Shown here: positions 1-6,925 of the stretch, piece by piece
How positions within the stretch are numbered: position 1 is the first letter of the stretch
How the letters are laid out: every line of letters begins with the position of its first letter
Assembly (NCBI GenBank): GCA_001829875.1
Contig: MICN01000097.1
Span: 1-51,617, forward strand
DNA: 51,617 nucleotides
Direction of reading: 5' to 3'
DNA from: Syntrophus sp. GWC2_56_31
Lineage (GTDB): Bacteria; Desulfobacterota; Syntrophia; Syntrophales; UBA5619
The notes under the pieces: model-generated
Database searches by the model: none
What the model saw: the letters and a program-made list of their open reading frames with translations, nothing else
What the model was told of the DNA's origin: nothing
Translations under genes and position numbers: made by a program

Positions 1-162
1 CCGCTTGAAAGCGGATAGTGATGCCATGTTATTTTTTCCAGCGCGGGAGAATACGGATGCGGACCTTGTTTGTCAAGGAGATGTTCGACTTGATTTTATT
101 TGACATACAGTGTTGCCGCAGTCATAACCATTTCTATCGGGGTCATAACGAATTTCCTGTCC

Positions 163-618
163 CTAAACTTGATCGAGGAACGGCAACGGTTTATCCAGCC
201 TGTAGACGAGGGCCTGGCAGGAGGCCAGAAGACGGTTCTCACCTTCAACCACCTTGATGTCATAAACCGCGGTTTTATTGGTTCGGTTTATTTCCCTGGC
301 TTCGGCGGTTAATGTGGCGCCCGCAGAAGGGGAGGCAAGGTAGGCGATGTTCATGTTCAAGGCAACGGCAATAGTGCCATGCGAATTGGACGCGGTTTCA
401 AACGCTTCATCGATGAGAGCAAAAAGTGCCCCTCCATGGGCTTTCCCAAACATGTTCTCCATATCCGGTGTGAAGACCATCGAAACTTTTGAATAGCCGT
501 CGTCCAGATCCATCAGCGTTAGGCCGAATTTCCCGGCAAAGGGTTCGTGCTCGACCCGCCTGAAGATTGCTTCCCTGATTTTGCTCTCCATGCTGTTTCT
601 CCCTGTTTTAATCGACAT
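163..618 (-). CDS. PaaI/hotdog-fold thioesterase family protein
   Basis: ORF 163..648(-). Motif GKAHGGALFALIDEAFETA is typical of PaaI-type thioesterases. ATG at 618 follows GAGG; alternative starts are ATG 591 and TTG 648. Confidence 0.75.
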   Translation of the reverse strand: MSIKTGRNSMESKIREAIFRRVEHEPFAGKFGLTLMDLDDGYSKVSMVFTPDMENMFGKAHGGALFALIDEAFETASNSHGTIAVALNMNIAYLASPSAGATLTAEAREINRTNKTAVYDIKVVEGENRLLASCQALVYRLDKPLPFLDQV

Positions 619-650
619 CACTATTACCTCAACCGCACAAGACACCAAAG

Positions 651-941
651 TTAATGAAATTTATGATCAATCGAGACAATGTCCTTAATACTGCCAAATT
701 GTTTTTCGTATTTATCGAGATTTTCATTAAGGGCGTGGATGATTCGTTTGACATGCGAGGGAGTCACAATGATTCTCGAGACCAGATGAACACCACTGGG
801 CGAGTTTAAAAGCCAGTCAAGAATAAATTCATCGGCACTGTGAGCGGCGATCATGTTATTGCTGTATTTACCCCGCAGAATTTCATCCCCGGTGTTAATC
901 TGGATCTCCGTTGCTTGCTGTTTTTTCAATTGATCTTCCAT
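651..941 (-). CDS. DUF3467-like small protein
   Basis: ORF 651..953(-). The track start is TTG inside the GGAGG RBS, so ATG at 941 is the better start. The pattern YSNNMIAAHSADEFILDW resembles DUF3467; this is a recalled family, not a searched one. Confidence 0.55.
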   Translation of the reverse strand: MEDQLKKQQATEIQINTGDEILRGKYSNNMIAAHSADEFILDWLLNSPSGVHLVSRIIVTPSHVKRIIHALNENLDKYEKQFGSIKDIVSIDHKFH

Positions 942-971
942 TGTGCCCTCCAAAGAATTGACGGGTTCATA

Positions 972-1589
972 TTAGAAACTTGGTTTCAGAATGTATTCCA
1001 GAACATCATCGAGGTTTTGAAAAAGCCTAAAGCCGTTACTGACATAAGCCCTGTTCCAGGGGAACAGCAATCCGGCGCCCAGCGCTCCATTATCTATCGC
1101 TTTTTCAAGTGTAAGCGGTGAATCATCCACGACGACGTCGGCATTCGCAAAGAGAACAGTCTTGTTCAATGAGAGATGAAGTTCGTCGTAGTGAAGTCCG
1201 TGCCGATTGAGCCATTGCTCGGTCGGCTGCTTTGTTGTCGGCACACGATGACTGGCAAGAATGACATGGAAACCATGTTCTTTGAGTGATGACAAAAATC
1301 GCGGTGATTCCGGGTATGGTTGGTATTGGTCGTTGTCCTGATGATGGTGAATCGCGTTGATCGCGGTGATAAAATCCTCAACCGAACAGTATCCTTCCCA
1401 AATGTCATAGGTGGTCCAGTGGTCGGGCGTTGGAAAATCCGGGTTGATTTTCTTCAACTCCTGATAAAAAGCGTCGCTGAATTGCCAGAGGGTGTTGTCT
1501 ATATCAATTATCGCTGTTTTGCTCACGGTTGTTTTATGCTCCGCCTTATGCGCAACGTCATCATGTCCGCCGTTCAACCCATCATTCAC
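972..1589 (-). CDS. HAD-superfamily hydrolase (5'(3')-nucleotidase-like)
   Basis: ORF 205 aa. HAD motif I is present as IIDIDNTLW (DxDxT), with a later VVVDDS acidic motif. Overlaps the upstream gene by 8 nt, consistent with an operon. Confidence 0.6.
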   Translation of the reverse strand: MNDGLNGGHDDVAHKAEHKTTVSKTAIIDIDNTLWQFSDAFYQELKKINPDFPTPDHWTTYDIWEGYCSVEDFITAINAIHHHQDNDQYQPYPESPRFLSSLKEHGFHVILASHRVPTTKQPTEQWLNRHGLHYDELHLSLNKTVLFANADVVVDDSPLTLEKAIDNGALGAGLLFPWNRAYVSNGFRLFQNLDDVLEYILKPSF

Positions 1590-1863
1590 GCTTTCGTCTC
1601 AGCACCATCCGGATCGCAATATAAGGGAAGAGGAAAAAAAGAAAATTGCAGCCCTTCACAAACGCCATGCCGTAATAATTCAGCAAATCGTATTCGTGTC
1701 TTGATATTTGAAACCACTTGGCATGCATCGTATAACCCAACTCACCGCCGACCAGGAAAAAGATGAACCAGAGCGTAATGAAGACAGCACCCAAGACAAA
1801 GCATCGGATCAAGATACGGGACAGGATTTCCAGACCGCTTTTGAAACTCGAAGATTCATTCAT
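1582..1863 (-). CDS. small integral membrane protein, unknown function
   Basis: 93-aa ORF with two or three hydrophobic spans (CFVLGAVFITLWFIFFLVGG, FLFFLFPYIAI). First gene of the minus-strand operon. No family recognised. Confidence 0.45.
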   Translation of the reverse strand: MNESSSFKSGLEILSRILIRCFVLGAVFITLWFIFFLVGGELGYTMHAKWFQISRHEYDLLNYYGMAFVKGCNFLFFLFPYIAIRMVLRRKRE

Positions 1864-2235
1864 AGGGTTCCTCCTGACTGTCTGCTCGGCTGACCTTCGA
1901 TCGGTTACAGCACCATGACGCCTCTCGTTTTCCGGTTGTTCGAAATACCATCGTTCGGCGGGGGTTTAATGCAATCAATACAGGCAGATCATTATTTGAT
2001 CGTCATCTCGCATACTTTTCAAAATCAGTCAATAACCGCTTTCGGGCACGAATTGCCGCCGGTTATGGCCTTGACTTCCAGAATTGATGGATGTAGTAAG
2101 TACGATCAACAAAATATAGCAATCGTTATTAATTTTTTTAACCCTAAACCGTGAGGGTGCAATCGACGGACGGCCCAAAGACCCCGTGTCTCCAAAAAAG
2201 AGAGGGGGGGTCTTCTTTTTTTGGAGGTAAATGCC

Positions 2236-2943
2236 ATGGATGAACCTGTGATTTTGGATAAGGCGTTTCATGTCATCATGAAGCGCATGGTGGAAACCGG
2301 CCAGGCGCCGTTTTATACGGAACTGGCATCCTCGCTCGGTCTTGCCGTCGAAGAGGGGAGAGCCGCCCTTCACGACCTTTTCGGCTCGGGCATCGCCGGA
2401 TGGCTGTATCCGAGAACCGACCACATCGTCTCCTTTGCACCCTTCAACAACCTCCCCACCCATTACCGCATCAGCATAGACGGCCAGCAGAAATGGTTCG
2501 GCCAGTGAGGATTCGAATCGCTGGCGGTCTGCTGGCTCTTCCCCGGCAAAACGGTAACGGTGGATTTCCCTTGTCTGGACTGCGGCGAACCTCTTCAGGT
2601 CGTGCTCCGGGATGGCGTGATCCTGAACGAAGAAGCCTCCGGATACATGGCCTATGTGTCCGTTCCGCTGTGGAAATGGGTAGAAGACATCGGATATGCC
2701 TGAGCGACCATGAACCTCTTCCGGTCGGAAGGGCATGTTCGCAATTGGGCCTCGTTTGACCAAGGCAGCGACGAAGGAATTACGCCGATCACCGATATGA
2801 TGAGGCTTTTCTCGGGACCCTACTTCAAACGGCGGCTGGATCGGGATTATGTCTCACACATGTTCGAGTACGTCCGTGAGATGGGCCAAACCATGAAGGA
2901 GATCGGAAAGACCGGTCCGTTCTGGAGACGGCAAAAGAAGTGA
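2236..2943 (+). CDS. MerB (alkylmercury lyase) family protein, putative selenoprotein with two UGA-encoded Sec residues (TGA at 2506-2508 and 2701-2703)
   Basis: Track ORFs 2221..2508 and 2710..2943 share one frame, and the 64 codons between them contain no other stop. GGAGG lies 8 nt upstream of ATG 2236. KWFGQ-U-GFESL aligns to MerB YAW-C96-ALD99TL, and GYA-U-ATMNLF aligns to MerB SF-C159-CHVHFF. The stretch between aligns to MerB [26 protein letters not shown]. Confidence 0.65.
2515..2541 (+). promoter_or_regulatory. candidate bacterial SECIS stem-loop for UGA 2506-2508
   Basis: Hand fold: 2515-2517 pairs with 2539-2541, followed by a 2x2 internal loop. The 6-bp upper stem pairs 2520-2525 with 2531-2536 (two G-U pairs). 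The apical loop GGUCU (2526-2530) begins 18 nt after the UGA. Confidence 0.5.
2712..2740 (+). promoter_or_regulatory. candidate bacterial SECIS stem-loop for UGA 2701-2703
   Basis: Hand fold: lower stem GAAC/GUUC pairs 2712-2715 with 2737-2740. The 7-bp upper stem pairs 2716-2722 with 2727-2733. The apical loop GGUC (2723-2726) begins 20 nt after the UGA. Confidence 0.55.
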
Positions 2944-2970
2944 CCGTACGATTTTGCGCCGGAGGCACCC

Positions 2971-3198
2971 ATGACCATTATCGAATCCATCAAAACCCGA
3001 AAACCCTGCCGGTCGTATAGCGCCAGAGCGATTGAACCGGAGAAGCTGGCTGAATTGAAACAATCCCTGACATCGGACACAAAGACACCTTTCGGAAGCA
3101 AGGTTTGCCTTCATCTCATAGATTTCAACGAAATGGACATCGGTGAGCTTAAAAATCCTACCACCTATGGTGTCATCAAGGGAGCCCGGCGATTATAA
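2971..3198 (+). pseudogene. N-terminal remnant of a nitroreductase-family gene (truncated at ~75 codons)
   Basis: MTIIESIKTRKPCRSY...TYGVIKGARRL matches the N-terminus of nitroreductase-like proteins, which normally run to well over 200 aa. A TAA stop follows and no frame continues the homology. Confidence 0.45.
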
Positions 3199-3308
3199 GC
3201 TGGACATGACACCATCCTTGCCGGTCGGAAGTTCATGATAGCGGACCGCCGGAAAGTTTGCCTTGATCCATGTTGCCGTTTGTACTATCGTCCTCCGCGA
3301 TGAACCGT

Positions 3309-3317
3309 TGGTATACT
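3309..3317 (+). promoter_or_regulatory. possible extended -10 promoter (TGgTATACT) for the nitrilase gene
   Basis: TGnTATACT lies 27 nt upstream of ATG 3344. No good -35 element is present. Confidence 0.3.
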
Positions 3318-3343
3318 GCGATTTCAGATAAAGGGGGTTTACG

Positions 3344-4387
3344 ATGGGCGACCACTATCCTACAGTAAAGGTTGCCGTTATTCAGGCCGCACCGATATTT
3401 CTCGACCGGGAGGCAACCACTCAAAAGGCCTGCTGCCTTATCAGGGAAGCGGGGCAGGCCGGAGCCAAACTCATCGCTTTCCCGGAAGGATTTATCCCGG
3501 GTCACCCGCTCTGGTACCATTTCCATCCGGCAACCGGGCCCACCAGCCGGGATATGGCTTTGCGGCTTTTTAAAAACTCCGTGGAAATACCGGGCCCTCA
3601 AACCGAAGCACTCTGTCAGGCGGCAAAAGAGGTCGGCGCATATGTCGTGATGGGTCTCTGCGAAAAAAGACCGGGAACCTTTGGAACCATGTTCAATTCC
3701 CAGCTTTTCATCGCCTCGAGCGGAGAAATTATGGGCAAGCACCAAAAACTTACCCCGACCGTCGGAGAGAAACTCGTTCATACAGGGGGTTTTGGCGATA
3801 CGCTCAGGGCGTTCGATACGGAATTCGGAAAGATTGCCGGTTTGATCTGCGGTGAGAGTTCAAATCCCCTCTCCCTTTTCGCCCTTATTGCCGAAGGGAC
3901 GATGATCTTGATCATTTCGTGGCCAAATCTGCCGGGCCGAAAAATGCTGAACAGGGCCGACCGGGCGGTAATGGCAGGACGAGGCTGCGCATTTATGTCG
4001 AAAGCTTACATTCTAAACTGTGTGGGCGCCATGAACGATGAAATGAAAGCGATGCTCGCCTATACCGAAGAGGACAAAAAATTCCTGGCCGATGACACAT
4101 TGACGGGCGGATCTTCCATCATTTCACCGAACGGAGAGCTGCTTTGCGGGCCGTTGGGACATGAAGAAGGCATTCTGTATGCCGATCTGGACCTGGAACG
4201 GTCCGTGGAGGAAAAGCTCATCCACGACCTGGCCGGACACTACAACCGACCCGACGTCTTTTGCCTTAAAGTCAACAGCGAGGCGCCCTCCCTGTACCTC
4301 AGAGAAAAGTGGTACGGGCAAAAGGAGCAGGGCGGGCCGCATATCGATGGGTCGACTTGCGGTGAAGACCCCGATGCGGAAGTCTGA
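3344..4387 (+). CDS. nitrilase / carbon-nitrogen hydrolase family protein
   Basis: 347 aa. VKVAVIQAAP...AFPEGFIPGHP supplies the catalytic Glu, HQKLTPT the Lys and GLICGES the Cys, matching the nitrilase E-K-C triad. RBS AAGGGGG precedes the ATG. Confidence 0.85.
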   Translation: MGDHYPTVKVAVIQAAPIFLDREATTQKACCLIREAGQAGAKLIAFPEGFIPGHPLWYHFHPATGPTSRDMALRLFKNSVEIPGPQTEALCQAAKEVGAYVVMGLCEKRPGTFGTMFNSQLFIASSGEIMGKHQKLTPTVGEKLVHTGGFGDTLRAFDTEFGKIAGLICGESSNPLSLFALIAEGTMILIISWPNLPGRKMLNRADRAVMAGRGCAFMSKAYILNCVGAMNDEMKAMLAYTEEDKKFLADDTLTGGSSIISPNGELLCGPLGHEEGILYADLDLERSVEEKLIHDLAGHYNRPDVFCLKVNSEAPSLYLREKWYGQKEQGGPHIDGSTCGEDPDAEV

Positions 4388-4411
4388 CAGTCAGCGGTGG
4401 CCATAATTCAA

Positions 4412-4440
4412 TTGACACACCCTATTGTTCTTCGTATACT
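4412..4440 (+). promoter_or_regulatory. sigma70-type promoter candidate (TTGACA-17 nt-TATACT)
   Basis: Perfect -35 at 4412-4417, a 17-nt spacer and TATACT at 4435-4440, about 63 nt upstream of ATG 4504. Confidence 0.45.
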
Positions 4441-4503
4441 CGCGCGAAAAAGCAGTACCTTGAGACCTTTGCGCAACTTGGACATCATGTCCCGAAGGGT
4501 ATA

Positions 4504-6021
4504 ATGAAAAAGAAAACAACGGTGACCCTTGGTGTCGCCACGGGCGATCATTCCTACCTGCCCCTCCGGGAGGACACTGTCGAGGCCCCAGAGCCTTCCG
4601 GGATTCTTGATCCCCCATACCCGGACGGCGGAATCATAAAGGGCCCGGCCGGTTTTTGGCGGCGTCTAGGGGCAGCCACCGCGGATTTCATGCTCTGTCT
4701 CGTCCTCTACGCGCTCCTGTATATAGGGGCGGTGAAGACCCTCGACTACCTGAAAAGCGAAATGGTATTTGATATTTTCCGGCAGGTCATCCCGGGCTTT
4801 TTTATTTTCCTCTTTCTGTATCACCTGATCCTGGAAGCGACGCCCTTGCAGGCAACACCGGGCAAGCTTCTCTTCGATATCCGTGTCTTTGACCGAAATG
4901 GCCGGCGAGCCGGCACCGTTTCTAACCTATTGCGCCATCTGGCAAAGCTCCTGACGCTGCTGACGGCCGGCGTCGGCTTCGTCATGGCGGCCTTTCGGAA
5001 AGACAAGCTTGCCATGCATGACCTTCTATCGGGCTGTTCCGTCATGATGATAAGAAAAAAGCCGCTTCAGACGGGTCATCGGACCGCCCTCTCGGAGCAG
5101 GCGCAGAAAACGGGGATGCAAGCAGGCGGCGAGTCAGGGCCCGACACCAGGACTGGACCAGGCCCCGGATCGGGTGCAGGGAAACTGTCGGCTACAGGTT
5201 TGATCAAGATCTATGGGGGCAGGCGGGCGGTCAATGGCGTCAATCTGGAGATTTATCCCGGCGAGGTCGTGGGTCTTTTAGGCCCCAACGGCGCCGGGAA
5301 AACGACCACGTTCTATATGATCGTGGGATTGATCCGTCCCGACGGCGGCCAGATTCTCATCGACGGCGAGGACGTAAGCCGATGTCCGATGTATATCCGG
5401 GCGCGGAAGGGATTGAATTACCTTCCCCAGGAGCCCTCGATCTTCAGAAAGCTGACCGTAGAGGAGAATATACTGGCGATCCTGGAGACACTGGATCTTA
5501 GCCGGCAGGAGCGCCGGGAACGTTTGAAGGAACTGCTGGGAGAACTGGATCTGACTCCGCTGGCAAAAAACCGCGCCTATTCTCTCTCCGGAGGCGAGAG
5601 GAGGCGGGTGGAGATCACGCGGGCGCTCGTGACATCGCCAAAATATATCCTCCTCGACGAACCTTTCGCCGGCATTGACCCCCTGGCCGTGGCGGACATT
5701 CAGAATATCATCGGAAAACTCAAGGCCAAGGGAATCGGGGTGATCATTTCCGATCACAACGTGCGCGAAACACTTTCCGTCTGTGATCGGGCCTATATCG
5801 TCAATGAGGGTTCCATCCTGGTAGAGGGAGATCCCGATACGATCTCACGATCCGAGATTGCCCGGAAAATTTATTTCGGCGAGAAATTCAACCTGGAGTC
5901 TCCTGCCGTCAATACGATGGGGGACACAGAAATGATCCTCTCCTATGACGGTGAAAGTTTTCGCCTGAAAAGCCGCACCCAGCAGGACGACCTGCCCCAG
6001 AAAACAACCGTAATTCCTTGA
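4504..6021 (+). CDS. lptB: RDD-family membrane domain fused to an LptB-type ABC ATPase
   Basis: Single 505-aa ORF. Residues ~45-185 carry RDD hallmarks (FWRRLGAATADF, TPGKLLFDIRV, MHDLLSG) and TM segments. A Gly/Pro-rich linker follows. Residues ~228-464 are near-canonical LptB (GPNGAGKTTTFYMIVGL..YLPQEPSIFRKLTVEENI, LSGGERRRVEI). A ~41-aa tail follows. Confidence 0.8.
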   Translation: MKKKTTVTLGVATGDHSYLPLREDTVEAPEPSGILDPPYPDGGIIKGPAGFWRRLGAATADFMLCLVLYALLYIGAVKTLDYLKSEMVFDIFRQVIPGFFIFLFLYHLILEATPLQATPGKLLFDIRVFDRNGRRAGTVSNLLRHLAKLLTLLTAGVGFVMAAFRKDKLAMHDLLSGCSVMMIRKKPLQTGHRTALSEQAQKTGMQAGGESGPDTRTGPGPGSGAGKLSATGLIKIYGGRRAVNGVNLEIYPGEVVGLLGPNGAGKTTTFYMIVGLIRPDGGQILIDGEDVSRCPMYIRARKGLNYLPQEPSIFRKLTVEENILAILETLDLSRQERRERLKELLGELDLTPLAKNRAYSLSGGERRRVEITRALVTSPKYILLDEPFAGIDPLAVADIQNIIGKLKAKGIGVIISDHNVRETLSVCDRAYIVNEGSILVEGDPDTISRSEIARKIYFGEKFNLESPAVNTMGDTEMILSYDGESFRLKSRTQQDDLPQKTTVIP

Positions 6022-6070
6022 CCGGGAGCGCATCCCGCAAGCCCCGCCCTGTGGGCGGGGAGCTTCACAT
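6015..6070. repeat. ~50-nt repeat unit, copy A (intergenic), containing hairpin CCCCGCCC-TGT-GGGCGGGG (6041-6060)
   Basis: The 13-mer GACCGGGAGCGCA (6020-6032) recurs at 6282-6294. The 3' half CCCCGCCCTGTGGGCGGGGAGCTTCACAT recurs at 6366-6394 with 25/29 identity. Confidence 0.7.
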
Positions 6071-6075
6071 ACGAC

Positions 6076-6900
6076 ATGGGAAAATCTCAGACATATTATG
6101 TCGTCGCCAAAGGAAGGAAGCGGGGCATCTACACCGCCTGGTTCGGTCCGGGAGGCGCCGAGGAGCTGACCCGCGGATTTTCCGGAGCGCACTATAAGAA
6201 GTTTGTCTCTCTGTCCGAGGCTGAGCGGTGGCTCGAGAATCCGATATCCGCCACTGCCGCGTCAGGGAAGACCACCTTCCCGACCGGGAGCGCAACCGGC
6301 GGGTCCCGCCTTGCAGACGGGGACAGGAGGCGCAACACAAAACAGGCGCCTCCCTTGACGGGACGCCCCACCCCGTGGGCGGGTAGCTCCACATTTCCCG
6401 TCCCCGACCTCCCACCGGGGAAGATCGTCGTGTATACCGACGGCGGCTGCCGAGGAAATCCGGGACCGGGAGGATACGGCGTCATCATTATCGCGGGCGA
6501 AGCACGAGTCGAGCTCGCCGAGGGCTTCCGCCTCACCACGAATAACCGCATGGAGATGACGGCCTGCCTTGCTGCGCTCAAGGCACTGCCCCCCCCTTCC
6601 GACGTCATCCTGTACAGCGATTCGCGCTACGTGATCAACGGAATCAACAAGGGTTGGGCCCGCAAATGGCGGGCCAACCGCTGGATGCGGACGAAGAGTG
6701 ACGCCGCCGAGAACAGTGACCTGTGGGCGCAGCTGCTGGATCTTTGCGAGTCGCACCGGGTGCAGTTCGTCTGGGTCCACGGGCATGCCGGTCAAACGGA
6801 AAATGAGCGCTGCGACGAGCTCGCCGGTGCAGCGGCGGTGGGTCCGGACCTGAAGGAGGACCTCGCTTATGTGCAGGGCCGCACACGAGCGTCTGGGTAA
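6076..6900 (+). CDS. rnhA: ribonuclease HI with N-terminal hybrid-binding (RNase H1 N-terminal/Cauli_VI-type) domain
   Basis: Residues 6-52, YYVVAKGRKRGIYTAW...FSGAHYKKFVSLSEAERWL, form the HBD. Residues ~116-265, VVYTDGGCRGNPGPGGYG...NNRMEM...YSDSRYV...WVHGHAGQTENERCDELA, form the RNase HI core with DEDD residues. Confidence 0.85.
   Translation: MGKSQTYYVVAKGRKRGIYTAWFGPGGAEELTRGFSGAHYKKFVSLSEAERWLENPISATAASGKTTFPTGSATGGSRLADGDRRRNTKQAPPLTGRPTPWAGSSTFPVPDLPPGKIVVYTDGGCRGNPGPGGYGVIIIAGEARVELAEGFRLTTNNRMEMTACLAALKALPPPSDVILYSDSRYVINGINKGWARKWRANRWMRTKSDAAENSDLWAQLLDLCESHRVQFVWVHGHAGQTENERCDELAGAAAVGPDLKEDLAYVQGRTRASG
6282..6323. repeat. repeat unit copy B (inside the rnhA linker coding region)
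   Basis: 42-nt ungapped hand alignment to 6020-6061 gives 33/42 identities. The palindrome core is degenerate. Confidence 0.6.
6352..6394. repeat. repeat unit copy C (inside the rnhA linker coding region)
   Basis: CCTTGAC...CCCCACCCCGTGGGCGGGTAGCTCCACAT aligns to copy A, with an internal ~11-nt deletion. Confidence 0.6.
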
Positions 6901-6925
6901 CAAGGAATAAAGGAGAGATCTGGTC

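Noticed and set aside
48-76. TTGACA-17 nt-TATTCT on the minus strand pointing out of the window, with an ATG at 24-22.
   Set aside because: Possible promoter plus gene start, but the putative CDS has only 8 codons in the window and no clear RBS, so it cannot be evaluated.
1915-2154. 79-aa plus-strand ORF in the 372-nt spacer upstream of the MerB-like gene.
   Set aside because: No RBS, AT-rich low-complexity composition and no family resemblance. The region is more likely a divergent promoter and leader. No riboswitch consensus was recognised by eye either.
2192-2225. A-run / G7 / T-run segment (CCAAAAAAGAGAGGGGGGGTCTTCTTTTTTTGG) resembling a bidirectional terminator or slippery homopolymer.
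   Set aside because: The stem would be almost entirely A-U with a mismatch and a G-only loop. It overlaps the RBS region of the MerB-like gene. The evidence is too weak to call.
2029-2763. 244-aa minus-strand ORF overlapping the MerB-like locus, plus plus-strand ORF 2400..2759.
   Set aside because: Neither resembles a known family. The plus-strand frame 1 reading gives a collinear MerB alignment across both TGA codons, which explains the region better.
3207-3238. Possible third SECIS. The 11-mer CCGGTCGGAAG of SECIS-like hairpin 2 recurs at 3221-3231, with a TGA at 3207-3209.
   Set aside because: The extra G breaks the stem (CTTGCC/GGAAG). The TGA is in a frame that opens only at ~3153 after a TAA and encodes nothing recognisable. 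The spacing to the loop is also shorter (14 nt). Treated as chance or a remnant.
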